Part shown: positions 11,901 to 26,280 of the stretch, one piece after another | Numbering within the stretch: the first letter of the stretch is position 1 | How the letters are laid out: each line of letters starts with the position of its first letter | Assembly: GCA_030141605.1 (NCBI GenBank) | Contig: JAQGDQ010000010.1 | Location: 1,178,001-1,242,000, forward strand | From: Tubiluchus corallicola | Taxonomy: Eukaryota > Animalia > Priapulida | Reading direction: 5' to 3' | Length of the DNA: 64,000 nucleotides | Made by a program: the position numbers and the translations under genes | Notes under the pieces: model-generated | The model's input: only the letters and a program-made list of their open reading frames with translations | What the model was told of the DNA's origin: nothing | Databases searched by the model: none

Positions 11901-14900
11901 TCTATATCGTGCTTTAAACTCATCGAGTAACAATTCCATTTGATGTTGGATTATTCTAACGAACTTCGCTTCTTTTTTTGGAGCAACGTCCCCAAATGCC
12001 ATGGGCGTGTCAGTTTCTCGCGTCGAGAATTTTCCGATAGGCCTACACATTTGACTAATTGCCCGCATGTTTCCCGAAAAAACCTGTTTTAAGAAGATAG
12101 GCTATAAAACAGACGAACTGGAGACCATCATCAGCAAAGTTCAAATTAGCAATTATTAAAAAAACATTTAGTGTGTCCATGTTTCTCACTGGTGCAAAAC
12201 TGAATTAGCAGGTAACTCATAAGTTTTTCCTTTGTTATTCATTTTTCTATTTACTGTGAAGACGAACATCTCAAACACCCATCGTGACAGTGAAAGCTTG
12301 TCATTCAAACAATAAATTACTACCTAATAAAATAAATACCACAGTTATTAGCAAATTAGTACGATAATTATTGGTACAATAATAACATTTATTAAGCGAT
12401 GGTCACATTTTTAACGCAATTATTGTATTTGGTAAATGTACCCATACGTACTTAAAACCATTTTGTTCTCAAAACGCTATGCCTGTAAAATTGCAAACTG
12501 AAAAACGTAGATAAATCATGTAAGCATGATTTTCGAAAATTCAAGCATGTATGAAGCTTGATCGCAGTGGCTTTAGAGATGTTTTGGTAAACATTGGATG
12601 CCTAATATAAGATTTTATCCATCTCCAAGGTAACCAGTGTCACGATCACGAGTTTCATAAGTTTCTTTGTCTTGATAGTAGACCTACTATTGATGTATTA
12701 TAGTTTGCTTGGGTGGCTTCAGTAGCTTTGGGCAAAATATGATGTAAAAAGCCACACTGAGGTTTTTCTGTACTGCACCCCTCTCGCTACACTTTGTTTG
12801 AGCGGCGACGTATTAAATATTACTGCTGTGTTTACCTGTCTTGAGGGCAGATTTCTTTTATTCTAGAATTCTGCTTGCGTAATGTCTACAATAGACGTAA
12901 CGCACATATGATAATGATGATGTCACTAAATAAATAACACATGTAGGCTTTTACAGGTCAAATTTAGTGTTTCTATTTTTTAAGCATCCTTTATTTCTAA
13001 CCTAATACCCATAGTTCAAATAGTCCCATAATACTCTGTTAGTCCCATCTGAAAGTTCCGAATTATTAGATGGCCCAAAAATGTGGCAAAGTTTTGATCA
13101 CGATATTATAAAAAGAAAGTAACGGAATATATTGAAATTGCCACCGTGATGTTACATACTTACTTAAAAACACCAAAAGCCATTCCCTTAGATTTTTCTA
13201 AAAATACTTAAGTATTAAAGCAACAAATCACAAAAATAAATGCCTGACAAATTGTCATTATTGCTTATATTTACAGCAAGTGCTCTAAATTTTCACTGCA
13301 AATTTTTCATTTGATGATTGGCTGACATTGTACGAACATATCTTAAAAAGCATTAATACAATAAACTTGCAAATTTCACATCAAAAGTGAATGCATTTTA
13401 ATATCGTCTTGCTTAGAAATTTCAAATTTATTAGCCTATTGTTTCTAATCATATTGTAGTCTGAACTTCGGCACATTGTTTCTGCGCCACCCGATATATC
13501 GCTGATCTTGTGCTACTACTTTCTTGCTTCGATTAGTTTTCTGGAAAATTTCGGAATAATTCAATTTAAAGTCCCATTTATATATATCGTAAAGTAGATT
13601 ACCGTTACTCTACGAATTTATGGACAATTGAATAGTCTGCTCATGGGACAGATTCCGAGTTTATCACTGAAATATAGTTATTGCTTAAAATTGCTTTACA
13701 ATTCACATTGTCGTTCACTGTAATTAAGTAAACCATTGCCTCATAAAAATCATGTTGCATAGTATTATACATTACGTATAAGCAAATACGCAATCTTGTC
13801 AATATACTAGGCTACATTTTGGCGTTTTGTACAAACAATATGGATTAGTTTTTCTTTGGGAAAATCCCCCAGGATTACTTTCTGCTGTGATAAATATACA
13901 GCTTAAATCCATAGCATAGTAAACAAGAAATCGCTGAGAATTTTTGTTTGGTCATTAACTGGCTAATCTTTTCATTTTTTCACTCGCAAGTTACATTGCG
14001 GGTTTTAATGGTTTGAGATCAAGACCATGATCTGGCCAAACCACCCGAGTGCATACCCAAAGTTTAACAGTTTTCATTTCCTTGTTGTTGAGTAAAAAGT
14101 AATTCACGTAAAGCAAGATCCAGATAGCACTTTATTGAGACGTTTAATTGGTAATTATACCTTCTCGCATTTATGGGGCGAATAATTGTATAATGAACAT
14201 TAACTTAGATATATCTAATACCTCGCAACACGAATATTTTATAATAACAATTTAAAAACTTTTTTCTGCCCAGTGTTTAAATGTGTCTGTTAGCGAATAT
14301 ACCAGTCTACGAACTTGCATAAAACTGTAGTTTCTATTTGTAAGCAACACTAATTACTATTTGTAATAGTTACATTTAATGTATTACGTCATCTATACCA
14401 GCCTATAAATAGGCAATTTGCCCGACTCCGTTGGTTCTATTGTAATTTAGGGTTCTTCTAATCTTCTAATTTATTTTTATGTTCTAATATCTAGTCTAAA
14501 AGGTAGTTTAACGAAATAAAACATTGCTTAAATATTGTTAAATGTTATGAGTGGAATTGTTGACCTATTACTACTTGAGCTTTCTAATAATTACTTATAA
14601 CTACAAATTATTGTAACTGTTATGTAATTAATGAAATTTGCATAAAACTTCATATGTAAAATACTCGATTTTTGCTGTGTATATAATGGAACGTTTCAAA
14701 ATATGTTTTGTTATTTACATTTGCTATTTACATTAGCTAAATCTTCAGTGTAAACCTAAGATTGAAAATGTAATCATTGATAAATTAGGCTTGAATTTGC
14801 CTATAACAGCACTGCTAACCCTGCATACAGTTTTAGTTTATAAATACTTACTCAAAGTTCATAGTGGTGCATCAACTATATAATGCAGACGTATTTATCT

Positions 14901-15929
14901 AAATATATCAATTCTTGTTCTTGTTCTTTTTCTAGATTTATTAAGGTTGTTATTATCTTTACGTAACTTGACGCGTTTTTTTCTTAATTTATGTATTCAC
15001 AAATGTTAGTCATCAATGCAATTTTTTAACCCTTTTCCATGATAATCTTATGTTTTAGTACAATTATTGTATAATAACTCTCATCTGCAGGAACAGTGAA
15101 AATAAATTTATCGCTGTGCTAAATACTGTTTCATATTCTTGCCTTTGTTCCTTGTTATTGGTTGAATTAAGCCATTACAATAAATTATAAATTACAATAA
15201 AAAAGTCGTTTGAATCTTTGAGTACTTTGCTAAATTTGCCTTACATGTATTAGTTTTTGGCACACAGGGCATTTGCGCCATGCAATGAAATATAGTGTAA
15301 ATACTGTTCGTGCACTTGAACCTCAACCTCATTCATGATTCCTATGCACGTGAACCATTCAGCTAATTAATTTTTCATTAAATCTAATAATAATGACGTA
15401 ACTGGAGCGTTAATGTATAACGTGCGCTCAAGCAATTTTCTTTCGTAAATGAATGATGTGATTTAGCTGAGGTAATTAGATCATTTCCAACTTTACAGTT
15501 ACGTCTGTTGCCAAATATTCCATAAAGGCGAAAAGAAACGCTCGACGAATGACGTCAGCAACCAAGAAATCTTTAACAGTCAGGATGCCATTGAGATAAA
15601 ACTGGATAAAGTCAATGCATATGCCAACCTTTTGTTTTGCTTTAATAGTTCAACTTTCCAAAGTTAAGATGCGTTGTCTGTGCAAAACACCTGAACTGCG
15701 ATCGTAGACAATTCTTAATGACAGGTAAAAAACACTGCTCCGAGGAGGAGGGTCTTGTATCTATTTGTGAATTAAGTTATTTCTTTAGTTAAAGGGAAAT
15801 ATTTCCGAAGCACCATTAAAACTTGTACCTGTACACTAAGCAAATTAATTGAAGCAAATACATAAATATGAATGAAAATGCACGCTTTCTCTTATAATTT
15901 AAAACACTTTCATTTTAATCACTCTCAAA

Positions 15930-16170
15930 ATTGTTGGTATATAATATGGCCTCGTGATTTGGCAGTTTCCATAAGTTGCGTCAAGGCACCACATCTGGAT
16001 GACAGCATCTATCAGCTTCTGCCTAGTGGTACAGTCGGTCTATCGCAGGTGCAACTTGAGAATCAACCAGAAATTTGCATTTGGGTTTAAATCCAAAGAA
16101 TTGCCGGGCCAGCCTTGTTTTTCAAGAAATTTTTGGCGACTTTCCCCATGGAACACCTTTCGCATCCCTG
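15930..16170 (-). mobile_element. Degraded Tc1-family transposase C-terminal fragment
   Basis: The minus strand translates FLEKQGWPGNSLDLNPNANFWLILKLHLR*TDCTTRQKLIDAVIQMW. This matches the Tc1 WPxxSPDLNPIENxWxxLK motif and the helix after it, with an in-frame stop and substituted catalytic motif. Confidence 0.7.
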
Positions 16171-17284
16171 GTATCCTTCTTTTTATCAGAACCCCAATAT
16201 ACTGCTGCGATCGCATCATACCAGAAACAATATGCAAATTAGGCCAATTTATGTTAGAAATACTGTTTAGGGAATTTAATAATGTGTAAGTCCCAGTTCA
16301 TGGCTGGAAAATAACATTGGGGACGAAAGGAAAAATGTGGTAAAATCTGGCATTTCCTGCAACATTTTTAAGTACACAAAAACAGTAAAGAAAAATAGTG
16401 TGTAAAAAAATAACATTTTATTAAACCTCAGACAATTAGAACAAAAACTGTAATACTGTATAGAGTACACTTTTGCATAATCCTTCTAAAGGCATCATTG
16501 CATTACAAATATCAAAACATAATTTATAAATATTTATAAACATAATTGCACCACTAAATGCAACAATCTTTTTTGGTACTAAACCCCTTTTTATCACACA
16601 TCAAAAAACAAAGATTTACAAAAATGCTACAAAATCAGTATAGTATACAACTAAAATAAAATTATAAATTTTGTTATTTTAAGTTCAAGTTCATTTCTCA
16701 CATGCCCACAACAAACATTAGCACAGCTGCTGTGAACACTGAAAACTTCATTGCGTGGAAACAATAAATTTCAAAATTTTTAAATTTTCAACTACGTTGT
16801 GCTTCCCAAATATAGCTAGAAAAGTGTACATTCGACATTATACAGCTGATAAAATGGTGCAAGAACATTACTAACAAGTTATTGTGCAAATAACTGTGAT
16901 GTGCTGAGCACAAAGAACAACCTACAACACAATGCAGCTCAATTGTTACTAAAACAAAATATCATACGTTTGTGCACAAACAGTTACTTTCGCATGTTCT
17001 CTATCAAAAATGGTACTGTCATCATTTCATATCTTCATTGGTTAAAAAATCACATTCACAACAATTCGTGAATCGCTAACATCTATAAATTACGGCACAT
17101 GATTTGCTCATTCAAAAGCAATTGATAGTGCAGACTGCGCAATATTATTTTACAGTTCACGTTTTGCAAGCAAAAGAATTGAAAAGTCCGTTAAAAAACT
17201 TTATTTAAAAACTATACACAAATTTGAATTCAAGTCTTGACCCATTTAAATCATGTTGACTATGTGACTGTAAAAATATGTATA

Positions 17285-18103
17285 CAGTGCATGCCGCTTA
17301 CTAGACTCACTTTGGGAACCAAGTGTTTTAACCCAATTAACCGACTGAACCTATTAACTGATGTGTGTAGTAATACTGGTATATGTGTCACCAGCTTGCT
17401 ATGCACTGCAAAGGTTTTTAATGAATTTTAGAAACGAAGTAATGCCTAAATTCCTTTGTGCAATTAAAAATTAGAAAAAAATATTCTAAAATATTAATTT
17501 ATATAAGTGAATTAGCAATAAATTAAAAAGTATACTTTTCTAAATACACAAATACGTGTTTGAACTGTTGGTGGTGACCATATTTCCCCGCAAGAGGCTT
17601 CGTCTGCAAACTCCCACTTGCTATTGTGACATTCTTATTGTACTGTACCTGCGTCCCTGGCATAACAGCAACAGCAAACTGGTTAAACTTTCTGGGAAAG
17701 ACAGCCAGAGCTTCAAAAGCAAACCGCTAAGCAAGTGATTAAATGTTTAGCTTCAAGGAATTCTTGAGTACCGAGGTCAAATGCAGTGGATGGGCAGGTC
17801 AAAGCAAACCGTTAGGCTAGTACATTAGCGTATGATAAACACTCCTGCTTACACACAAAACGGTAACTAACATGATTGTTTCTATGTATATTATAGGACA
17901 AAAGCGAACTAATATGATATAAAAGTCATAAAAGCTTATTAGGCACATAAAAGTGTCTTATTGAAGCATGTGAAGCAAAAATATTGAGTCAATTACCGAC
18001 AGTTTTTAGGTACATTTGAATAGAAGCGGCCCGTACCAGGCGTTTTTGAGTCAATTAAGCAATTGAGTCCATTAACTGTGAGTCTATTAAGCGGCGCGTA
18101 CTG
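17285..18103. mobile_element. Tc1/mariner-pogo-type MITE, family A, copy 1
   Basis: Termini TA|CAGTGCATGCCGCTTACTAGACTCAC ... GTGAGTCTATTAAGCGGCGCGTACTG|TA give imperfect ~26-bp TIRs with a TA duplication. Subterminal GAGTCAATTA repeats are present, and a homologous copy lies at 45853-46756. Confidence 0.85.
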
Positions 18104-18573
18104 TACATGACATATAGTTAATCTAATTATCACAAACATTTTACTGCTTTGAATATAAAAAAATTAATTACTTAGTGAAAAACATGAACAGAGCTCTGAT
18201 CAACTGGAAGTGTGCTTGTGCAGATGTTAAGCAAATTAGCTATTTATGAAACGAATGCACAAAATGAATATTGACAGAAACATAAAATACTAAAGCAGTT
18301 ACAGTAAAATACTAACTGTAACTTGACACAAATTATACATTTATTATAATGTAAGAAAGTAGCAGGTAACTGCAACTCATATTTCAGGAGGCACTGTAGT
18401 TGCTCAGACAGAAAAGATAAAACCAGTCACTACGACACCTGACTGAAACCCTGCCATACAAACAATTATTGCACCACAGCATTATTTTTTAATTAAGTAC
18501 AAAATCGACCACACACAAGTACACTAACACATTCTGTTTGCTCTCACACTTACAACAAAGAATTTTCTCACAA

Positions 18574-21500
18574 TCATAAAATTTCGGCATGCACAATTTC
18601 CTCGTGTTTTTTAAACAATCTCTCTTCCTCATCACCATGCGCGATCTCCTCTTCATCATGTCCCCTCTTCCGCAAGTTTCTCTTATACTCGACTACTTCC
18701 TCTTTTATAAAATCATTCTGTGCCTCCTTTTCCTCATCCTCTAATGAATTTTCAACTGGGTGTGTTGCGATGTGGGTCTTTGTGTGATCGTGCACGTACT
18801 TGTGCAACTGCTGAACGAGCTCTGATGGATGGAAGACGCCAAATTCGGTAATGATGCCGCCGGTAATGAGGTCTGCAGGAGTGACATCAAAAGCTGGGTT
18901 CCACACACCAATACCTAAGTAAAACAGTACATAGTATTAGGAGTAAAAAACAAATTGTTTCATAAATTATTTGAAATAACTAGCTTGTCAGTTAGGTTTA
19001 GCAAGGTGCTATCTTCTACTTTCTTAATGTGAATAGTTATGGCAGGACCAGGCCATAGCTCTTTACTAAAACAATTAGAAGATTAGATACTACGCAGGCA
19101 GAGACATCCTAGCCATATCTCAATGAAGTAAACATCAAAAACAGGAGCACAAATAACAAATAAGGCGGTATCCATTCATTCGCTGACAAACCTCAGCACT
19201 GCTTTACTTTGGTCACCAATTATACACAGTGATCAATCGGTACATTCCTCTAACCTTGACAGATTGAACAAATATCGAAATCAGCAATACTGCAGCACCT
19301 GTTGCTTTCAATTTAGTAGTTAGTCCTTTACATGCATTTCTGTAAATACTGATAAATGTATAATAAATGCTATTTTTATCTTAGTGTGAACAGGCGATAC
19401 AATGGCAGTTACAACATAAGAAAGCTTAAATTCTGGTCCAGGGTATGATGTACCTTTCCTTTCCATAATTAAGAGGCTAAATGGACAAAATTTAAAATCT
19501 TCTAATTTTATTTGCAACACTAAATAAACTCTAGAACATTGATGTCTCTGCTATTTGCATACTGCTAATTCTTTCTATTTGTGATTCTCTACATACAATG
19601 AACATAATTTGTGTTGACATTAAAACTCTTTAATAATATTGTGGTCGTCTAAATTACAAAAATTTCCAATGCTCAACGTAGCAAAATTTGTAAGCTCCTC
19701 TTAATCCATCTTGGACAGGTTGCAATTTGATTTTAGGTTTATACAACAAACATTTGCAGGAGGCACCTATATCCAGAAATATTTTCAGAAAAGTTACTTT
19801 TGAACTATCTGTACTACTGATACGAAATGCAGGCATCTCCAAAACATTATTTAAGCAGAGTTTCAGTTATACTACTCTCAGAAATATTTTTGTTCAAAAT
19901 GCACATATTTGCATTTCAGTTTTATTTAATATAAAAATTAATTGTATCATTTCAAACCCAACGTTTTAAACACACAACTGCTATTTTGATGCTTTTCAAA
20001 AATTTGTTATCTATAAAGGCTCCACAGACTTGTTAAACTTAAAAAAGCTACAGTCAAACCTTGTTATAATGCCCCTCTATTATGTCAACCTCGCTTAATG
20101 CTTGAATTTTTACCAAAACAAAACATCTAACTTTGAATAGCATATACGAATTAATGCACCTTGTTATAATTGTCAAACTTGATATAACAGCAACTTTTTT
20201 TGCAGTAACTAAGTAGGCAGTATAAAGCGGTTTAGCTGCAATTTACACTACAGATCAAAATTATTATTAAGCAGACAAACAAACAAGTCAACGTGCAACA
20301 CAACCCTTTTATCGTTAATGCACTTCAATTGTCAAGAATTACTTAAATGACTAACTATGCATGTGCAAGCCAAAACATGCTTATTGTTTTACCTTCCGGT
20401 GCCATTTGATGCCCCTTTATGTGTGTCATCTCAGCATGGGGTCGCTCTTCTATGATAATTTGTTTACCAGTGTCTAAATGCAAGTCAATTGAAGAAGTGG
20501 GAGCAGCAACATAAAACAGAACACCATGGTGTTTAGCCAGAACAGCTAACTGAAAATAAAAACAAAATCAAGAAGATACGATACAAAAACATATTTCGAT
20601 GCGCTAATGTAAATTAGACTGGACAGTTCAGTTCACTACATTTTTATATTGCTCCTATCTTGGCTTCATGCCCAAATTGGCCCCCAAATTTGGGCCTGTT
20701 TATTACCGTAGCAATGTTTCACACCCCACAGATACGTGAGAGACAATGTGCAGGATGGAGGAGTTGGAGTGAGGTCAAAGCAGTGGCAAAGGAAAGGAGA
20801 AAGGAGGCTTTGAAGATGGCGTGTCAGTAAGTGCTTAGTAAGTTGTAAGAATCTTAATAATAATAATAATACTGGCATTAAGATTATAATAATTAATTGG
20901 CAACAAAAGTTGCAAACTATAACTAGATAAACTTGGCAAACATACAACTCTTGTCGATTCAACAGTAGCTGAATAACCGAAGATTGATGATGGATGAGAA
21001 GTCTTTTGTCTTACTTGTACTTGTAAATGATTTCAAATACATCCAATTCGAATGTTTATGATATTATTACAGCTTTTTGTACAAATTACATTGTATGTCA
21101 GTACAAGCAACATTTTTTAAAAATCAATTACGTTATGTTACTGAAACATTTTATGCTATTTCAATAAGGATGGCAACTGCTTCACCCATCAGTTGTTACA
21201 AATTCAAATTTATTTTCAGTAAATACTTGATAAGTTCCAATCTTGTTTGCTGTGTCACCATTAGCTACAACTCGGTCAGCACCAACAACGATCGCCCCTA
21301 ATTTTGTTCGCTGCATGAGCGCGGCACACATATTGTCACAGATAAGAGTGCCAGGTAGTTTCTCGTGCACGAACTCCAGCGCCGTGAGTCGTGAACCTTG
21401 ATTGTACGGACGGGTTTCTGTGCAGTAGGCATGTAGAAGTCTATGCTGTTCAGCTAAAGCACGAATAACACCTAGAATACAGTGAAATGAACAAGTGGCG

Positions 21501-24500
21501 AGTGTTACCCAATACTGATAAAGTGCAGATTACAAGTTTTAGAGTTCTTATGTACTTCCCAAAATTGAAATACTGTAACAAACTTCTTTACCTACAGAAT
21601 AATTGTAAGCATGTAGGCATAAGAATGTTCCACACGTTTATTCTTCAGCCATGTGGATATGATGTACAAGGACAATAAGGAAAGCCACTATCAACACATG
21701 CAAATTGTACGTCAACACATTGCTTCTAATAAGTAGTAAGTAATGCCATATAGTATTTCTAATTCAAAATAAACTCTAAATGAGCCTATTCCCTATATGA
21801 GAAAGATGGCGATACCTGCCACACAACAGCTACCCACAGTTCAAAAAGGATGTCTGCACTTATTAGATATATTCATTTAATATTTCAGTGGTTCTCCAAA
21901 TTGCATTATCACATTTAATTTGAAATCTACCATTTATAATACACTCTATTTGAATACAAGCTACAACAGTGGTTTTCAACCACAGGGAATTCCTTCAAGG
22001 GGAAATCTTTTGAACGGGGAATTGGGACCAACTCACCACAGACAGACAGGTCCAGTTTCTAGGTCAGGTCACAAGTTAATTAAAAAACCACTTTTATTCT
22101 GGTTTTAAAATTCATCAACATTTTCATTTCATTAAACTTGCAAAAACTTACAATAAAAATATCATAGGTAAATCTAGAATGTGCAAAATCAGACAATCTT
22201 GAAAAGGGCAGATATGTATGACATTCTGACATTATCAAAAAAGGTTGAAAATTAATATTGCACTAAAAAAATCAGACAATCTTACGTATATTGGAAGAGG
22301 GAGAATGACATTTGAATTTATGGTGAAAAGTGTACGTAAGACAAAAAGTTTACGAAAAGCCAGCTAGAATCCACTTTGTCGTCTGTTAAGACTTTGCTAA
22401 TCGTATGATTGTTTCTTCTACAGCATTTGCCTTCTACTGATCAGTCTTTGAACAGAAAAATTTAAAACGGGCTGCACAATAACATAAAACCTTTACAAGC
22501 AGCCTAGACAAGGGCAAAGTTTTCTACACTGTGATCACGATTATCCAAACTCTTACTCTTTCTCCAAGTCTTACCTACAGCTGTACCATATCCTCCAGTA
22601 GCTAAGGCACCAGCATTGCAATGAGTGAGGACCCTCACAGGAGCATTGTTGCTTCGTAATAATATGTCCTCAGCACCATACCGACCAATCGCTTTATTTA
22701 CCTCTATGTCTTTTTCGTACAGTACTTCAGCAGCATCGATAATTCTACAAATAGACAGTTTTACGAGCATTAAAAGGGCTTAAACATAAGATTACTGCAC
22801 AACTGATTTATATAAATAACCAATACATGCATTTTTCTAGGAAAACAGGTGCCAGATGTTAATGCAGTTACTCAACAGGAATTACAAATAGACAATCTGT
22901 CTTGTTGATAATTAGCAGGGTGAAACCGTACAAGCAAGATTTTTAATGACATTCTCAAAATGTATGTTCTGTCCACAACGTACTATTTCAGTCATTTCCT
23001 TGCCTTACCGTCTCATGAAATAATCAAAAACATGTAGGCCTGTACTATTAATAACCTTTTGTACATTGTATAGATGCTGCAGAATGTATTTGTTTTCTCA
23101 ACGTGTTAAAATATGACACCTTTTTTCTGGTAAGTTATTTTAAATAAATTTTGTTATGCGTGTTTTGCAGCATTTATGAGAAAATCTAGAATGTCTAGAA
23201 ATCACTCACTCTGAGTATTACTAATACTTAACACTAATCTATTCATTTGAAGAAAAAGGTAAAGACTGTTACAACTACTGCAACTAGTAGTTTTGTATGG
23301 TAAGATTAAGACACTTGGCAAAGACTCAAAGCTGTGTACAGCTATAACTTCTCAAGGAAGAAAAAGAAGAATAAACAGCAAATACCGATCTCTCATCTCG
23401 TCCTCAGACAGCTCTCCCTCTTTCATCTGCGCAGCCAAATCTATCAAAAATTCAGCAGTAAATTTCATGTTGACAGCTGTAGGTCTGGCCAAGACTAGAT
23501 GATTAAGCTGCTTGGTGACATATTTGCAAACATCTTCCTTATCATCAAAATGACGTTCGAACAGGTCAACTGCCAAGCTAAGTATACCCACGAAACTGAT
23601 AGCAGGTGCACCTCTTACCTGCATTCAAAACAAAATATATATGACATTCCTTAAGAAATAACTCTTGAAACAATACGGGCATGAGCACCAACTGTAGATC
23701 TCAGGAATGACACCTCTTTACAAACGTGACATCACTATCATAGATCTATCAGTAAATGAGTGCTGTACTAATCTTATAAATTTACCACGTTGTAATACAT
23801 TATGTTTTATACAAAAGGTAGAAACAATGAAGAAAACTTATCGCAAGCTAAAATTTTGGGTCAGCAACTCAAATAAAATAAATTAGTGCTATGAAACACA
23901 ATCTTTTTCTTACTACCCAGAAGTATTTTTTCATATCTCATGTTAAATTGTTTTTTATACTGTAGCAAATGAGCACACTATTTCACTATGTACTCCTTGA
24001 AAATTTCAGATGATTTCTCGGTTACTTCAATTAGCAAAATTTTTAATAAACATTTTTAAACAAAAGACCGCATTACAAAAACGTAAATTACGTTGGACAC
24101 AGCTTATGCACTCTGTTGTCACAACAATCATCAATGTTCAGACTACCTGCACTAAGCCAGAGAATAAAACTCTTGTTCACTTTCACATTGGCCAAAACAA
24201 ATACCTGTGTGGTCATAGCGCTCCTTGGCATCAACATTAACAAGCTTCAGGGCAGGTTATATGAGTATGAGTACCAGAAAAAAAGATTTATTGGGTAATT
24301 TCGTCTGCCGTACTGCCGCTTGCTATTTTTCTTTTGTAAAAAATGTTGTTGGAAATCCACCCTGACGGTGTAGCACATTGCAACGTATCTTGAAAATGTT
24401 TTTGTAATTAGATGAATATCATTAGATGCTGGAAAAGCATCAGCAGGTACACTATAGCCTTTGATGCCTTTTTGCGAAACATTTTTGCAATTGTACACTC

Positions 24501-24937
24501 CTTGCAGCAATATCTTTAATGACTTTATTAGGTTTTTGTGCATTGCTAAACTTTCACATTTGATGTAAATGTTTTGAACGAAAAAAACAAGTACTATGTC
24601 TCACAATCATCAAAAAAACAACTCTTTAACACTTCTTTTCTGTTTAAAATGTTTTAAATAATTTATGACTGCCATGACAAAGGTAAAAATAAATATTCCA
24701 AATATGATGCCCTGAAAAAAATACAGATAGTATGAAAACAAACTCACCGAAATTTATTTTTTCAAAATAATGCAAGTCTTCCAGTTCATAGAAACTACTC
24801 ACATTCATTTTATTAATAGCATCCCAGCCATCCTGTACAGACTTGATTGGGATGTACTTGACCTCAGATGGAAGCAGTAACTGGTCAAGAATGAGCAAGT
24901 ACCCTCGCTCATAATGAATGGCATCCAAAGAGCTCAT
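18574..24937 (-). CDS. MRI1: Methylthioribose-1-phosphate isomerase, ~426 aa (exons 24937-24803, 23618-23386, 22744-22575, 21471-21227, 20549-20393, 18914-18574)
   Basis: Motifs [68 protein letters not shown] and WNPAFDVTP. All introns are GT-AG and the phases sum to 1281 nt. Confidence 0.95.
20051..20238. mobile_element. Short pogo/Tigger-like MITE, family B, copy 1 (MRI1 intron)
   Basis: Begins TA|CAGTCAAACCTTGTTATAA and ends TATAAAGCGGTTTAGCTG (imperfect TIR). Shares internal blocks with 56616-56789. Confidence 0.6.
21967..22257. mobile_element. hAT/Charlie-like MITE remnant (MRI1 intron)
   Basis: Starts CAGTGGTTTTCAACC and ends near AAAAAGGTTGAAAA, typical hAT-Charlie termini; the right end is decayed. 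Confidence 0.4.
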
Positions 24938-25115
24938 TGCTAGACATAAAAAGTTAATGTTACTTTGCTAATTACTAAGACACAACTGCACAAAAACTTC
25001 TGGAACTTGTCAAACTACTAACAGAAGACATTAACAATTAACAAGTCTTTAGCGAAAACCAAGTGTCTGTCATACAAAACCACTGACTGTTTTTTACACA
25101 CAACTGCTTGTACAG

Positions 25116-25194
25116 CCGAAGCTAAACCAAATGTTTCTAAAATAGGCAAAGTCAACCGAAGCTAAACCAAATGTTTCTAAAATACGCAAAGTCA
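25116..25194. repeat. 40-bp tandem duplication
   Basis: CCGAAGCTAAACCAAATGTTTCTAAAATA(G/C)GCAAAGTCA occurs at 25116 and 25156. Confidence 0.9.
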
Positions 25195-25399
25195 GATCAA
25201 GCTAAATTAACGTATAGAATTTCAGCAAATCGAATGAAAATTTCATGTTCACTTTGATTTTAGCAGAGCTTCAGGGCATTCCTAGCAACCCTGCAGAAAA
25301 GTGAGTCTATGAATCTCTGCATCCTGAACCTGCAATCTACAATAACTTGTAAGTACAAGGTGAAAATTGGGTTGCACCTCGTAAACTGTCCCAGTCCTA

Positions 25400-26280
25400 C
25401 CAGGAATGCCACTAGGAAGTGTCCTTGGATCCTTGTTATTTCTCATCTTCATAGATGACATAGGTGATAATGTCATTAGCCGGTTGATCAAGTTTGTCGA
25501 TGACACTAAATTAGCACATCCAGTAACTTCTCCTATGCAAGTGAGACAACTACAAGAAGATTTGTACCAAATCAATGCATGGGCTGACAAGTGGCAGATG
25601 GTGTTCAACAAGCAGGATGACAAATACAAGGTGATGCACATAGTAATCATAACAATCCAGCTCAATAGTTTTGGCGATGCTGATTTGCCTGAAGTGACTG
25701 AGGCGGTGGATCTTGGATCACTAGTAGACGAATTGAATTTTCACAGTCATATTCCTAAGAAAATTATCAAGAGTAACAGGATCCTTGAATTAATTAACAA
25801 AACTATAACTTCCAGAAGATCTGAGATAGTTCTTCCACTATAAAAAAAGTCTTGTTCGTCCTCATCTTGAACATGTCAGTCAGGTATGGGACCCTTACTG
25901 CATTCGTGCTGTCGAACAAGTACAAATACGAGCTGTGGACATGATCACAGGTCTTGAAGGATTCGCATACTCTCAAAAACTGGAAAAACTAGACCTACAT
26001 TGACTTTCTCTCACAAGACATAGAGGGAACCTTATCGAAATGTTCAAGATTCTAAAGGGTTTACTGATTTTAATGCAAGCGAAGTTTTTTTACATCCAAT
26101 AGAAGCATCAGACTTGGCCACAGTCCTAAATTGTTCAAGTATAGGGTAAATGCAAAAGGTATCAGCACAGTTTTTCACAAGCTGAAGTGTTAACGTGGAA
26201 CTCATTACCAAATCACTAGTGAGTGAGTGAGATTAGTTTGAAAAGAATATAAATACTATCAAGCATAAGCTAGATGATAA
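25400..26280 (+). mobile_element. Degraded CR1/L2-group LINE reverse transcriptase 3' fragment
   Basis: PLGSVLGSLLFLIFIDD, FVDDTKL, LQEDL..I..WADKWQMVFN and KVMH, then frameshifted SLVRPHLE..SQVWDP, RHRGNLIEMFKILKG and WNSLP. Contains stops and frameshifts. Confidence 0.88.

Noticed and set aside
25116-25194. 40-bp repeat as a CRISPR-like array
   Set aside because: Two adjacent copies without spacers in eukaryotic DNA; a simple tandem duplication.
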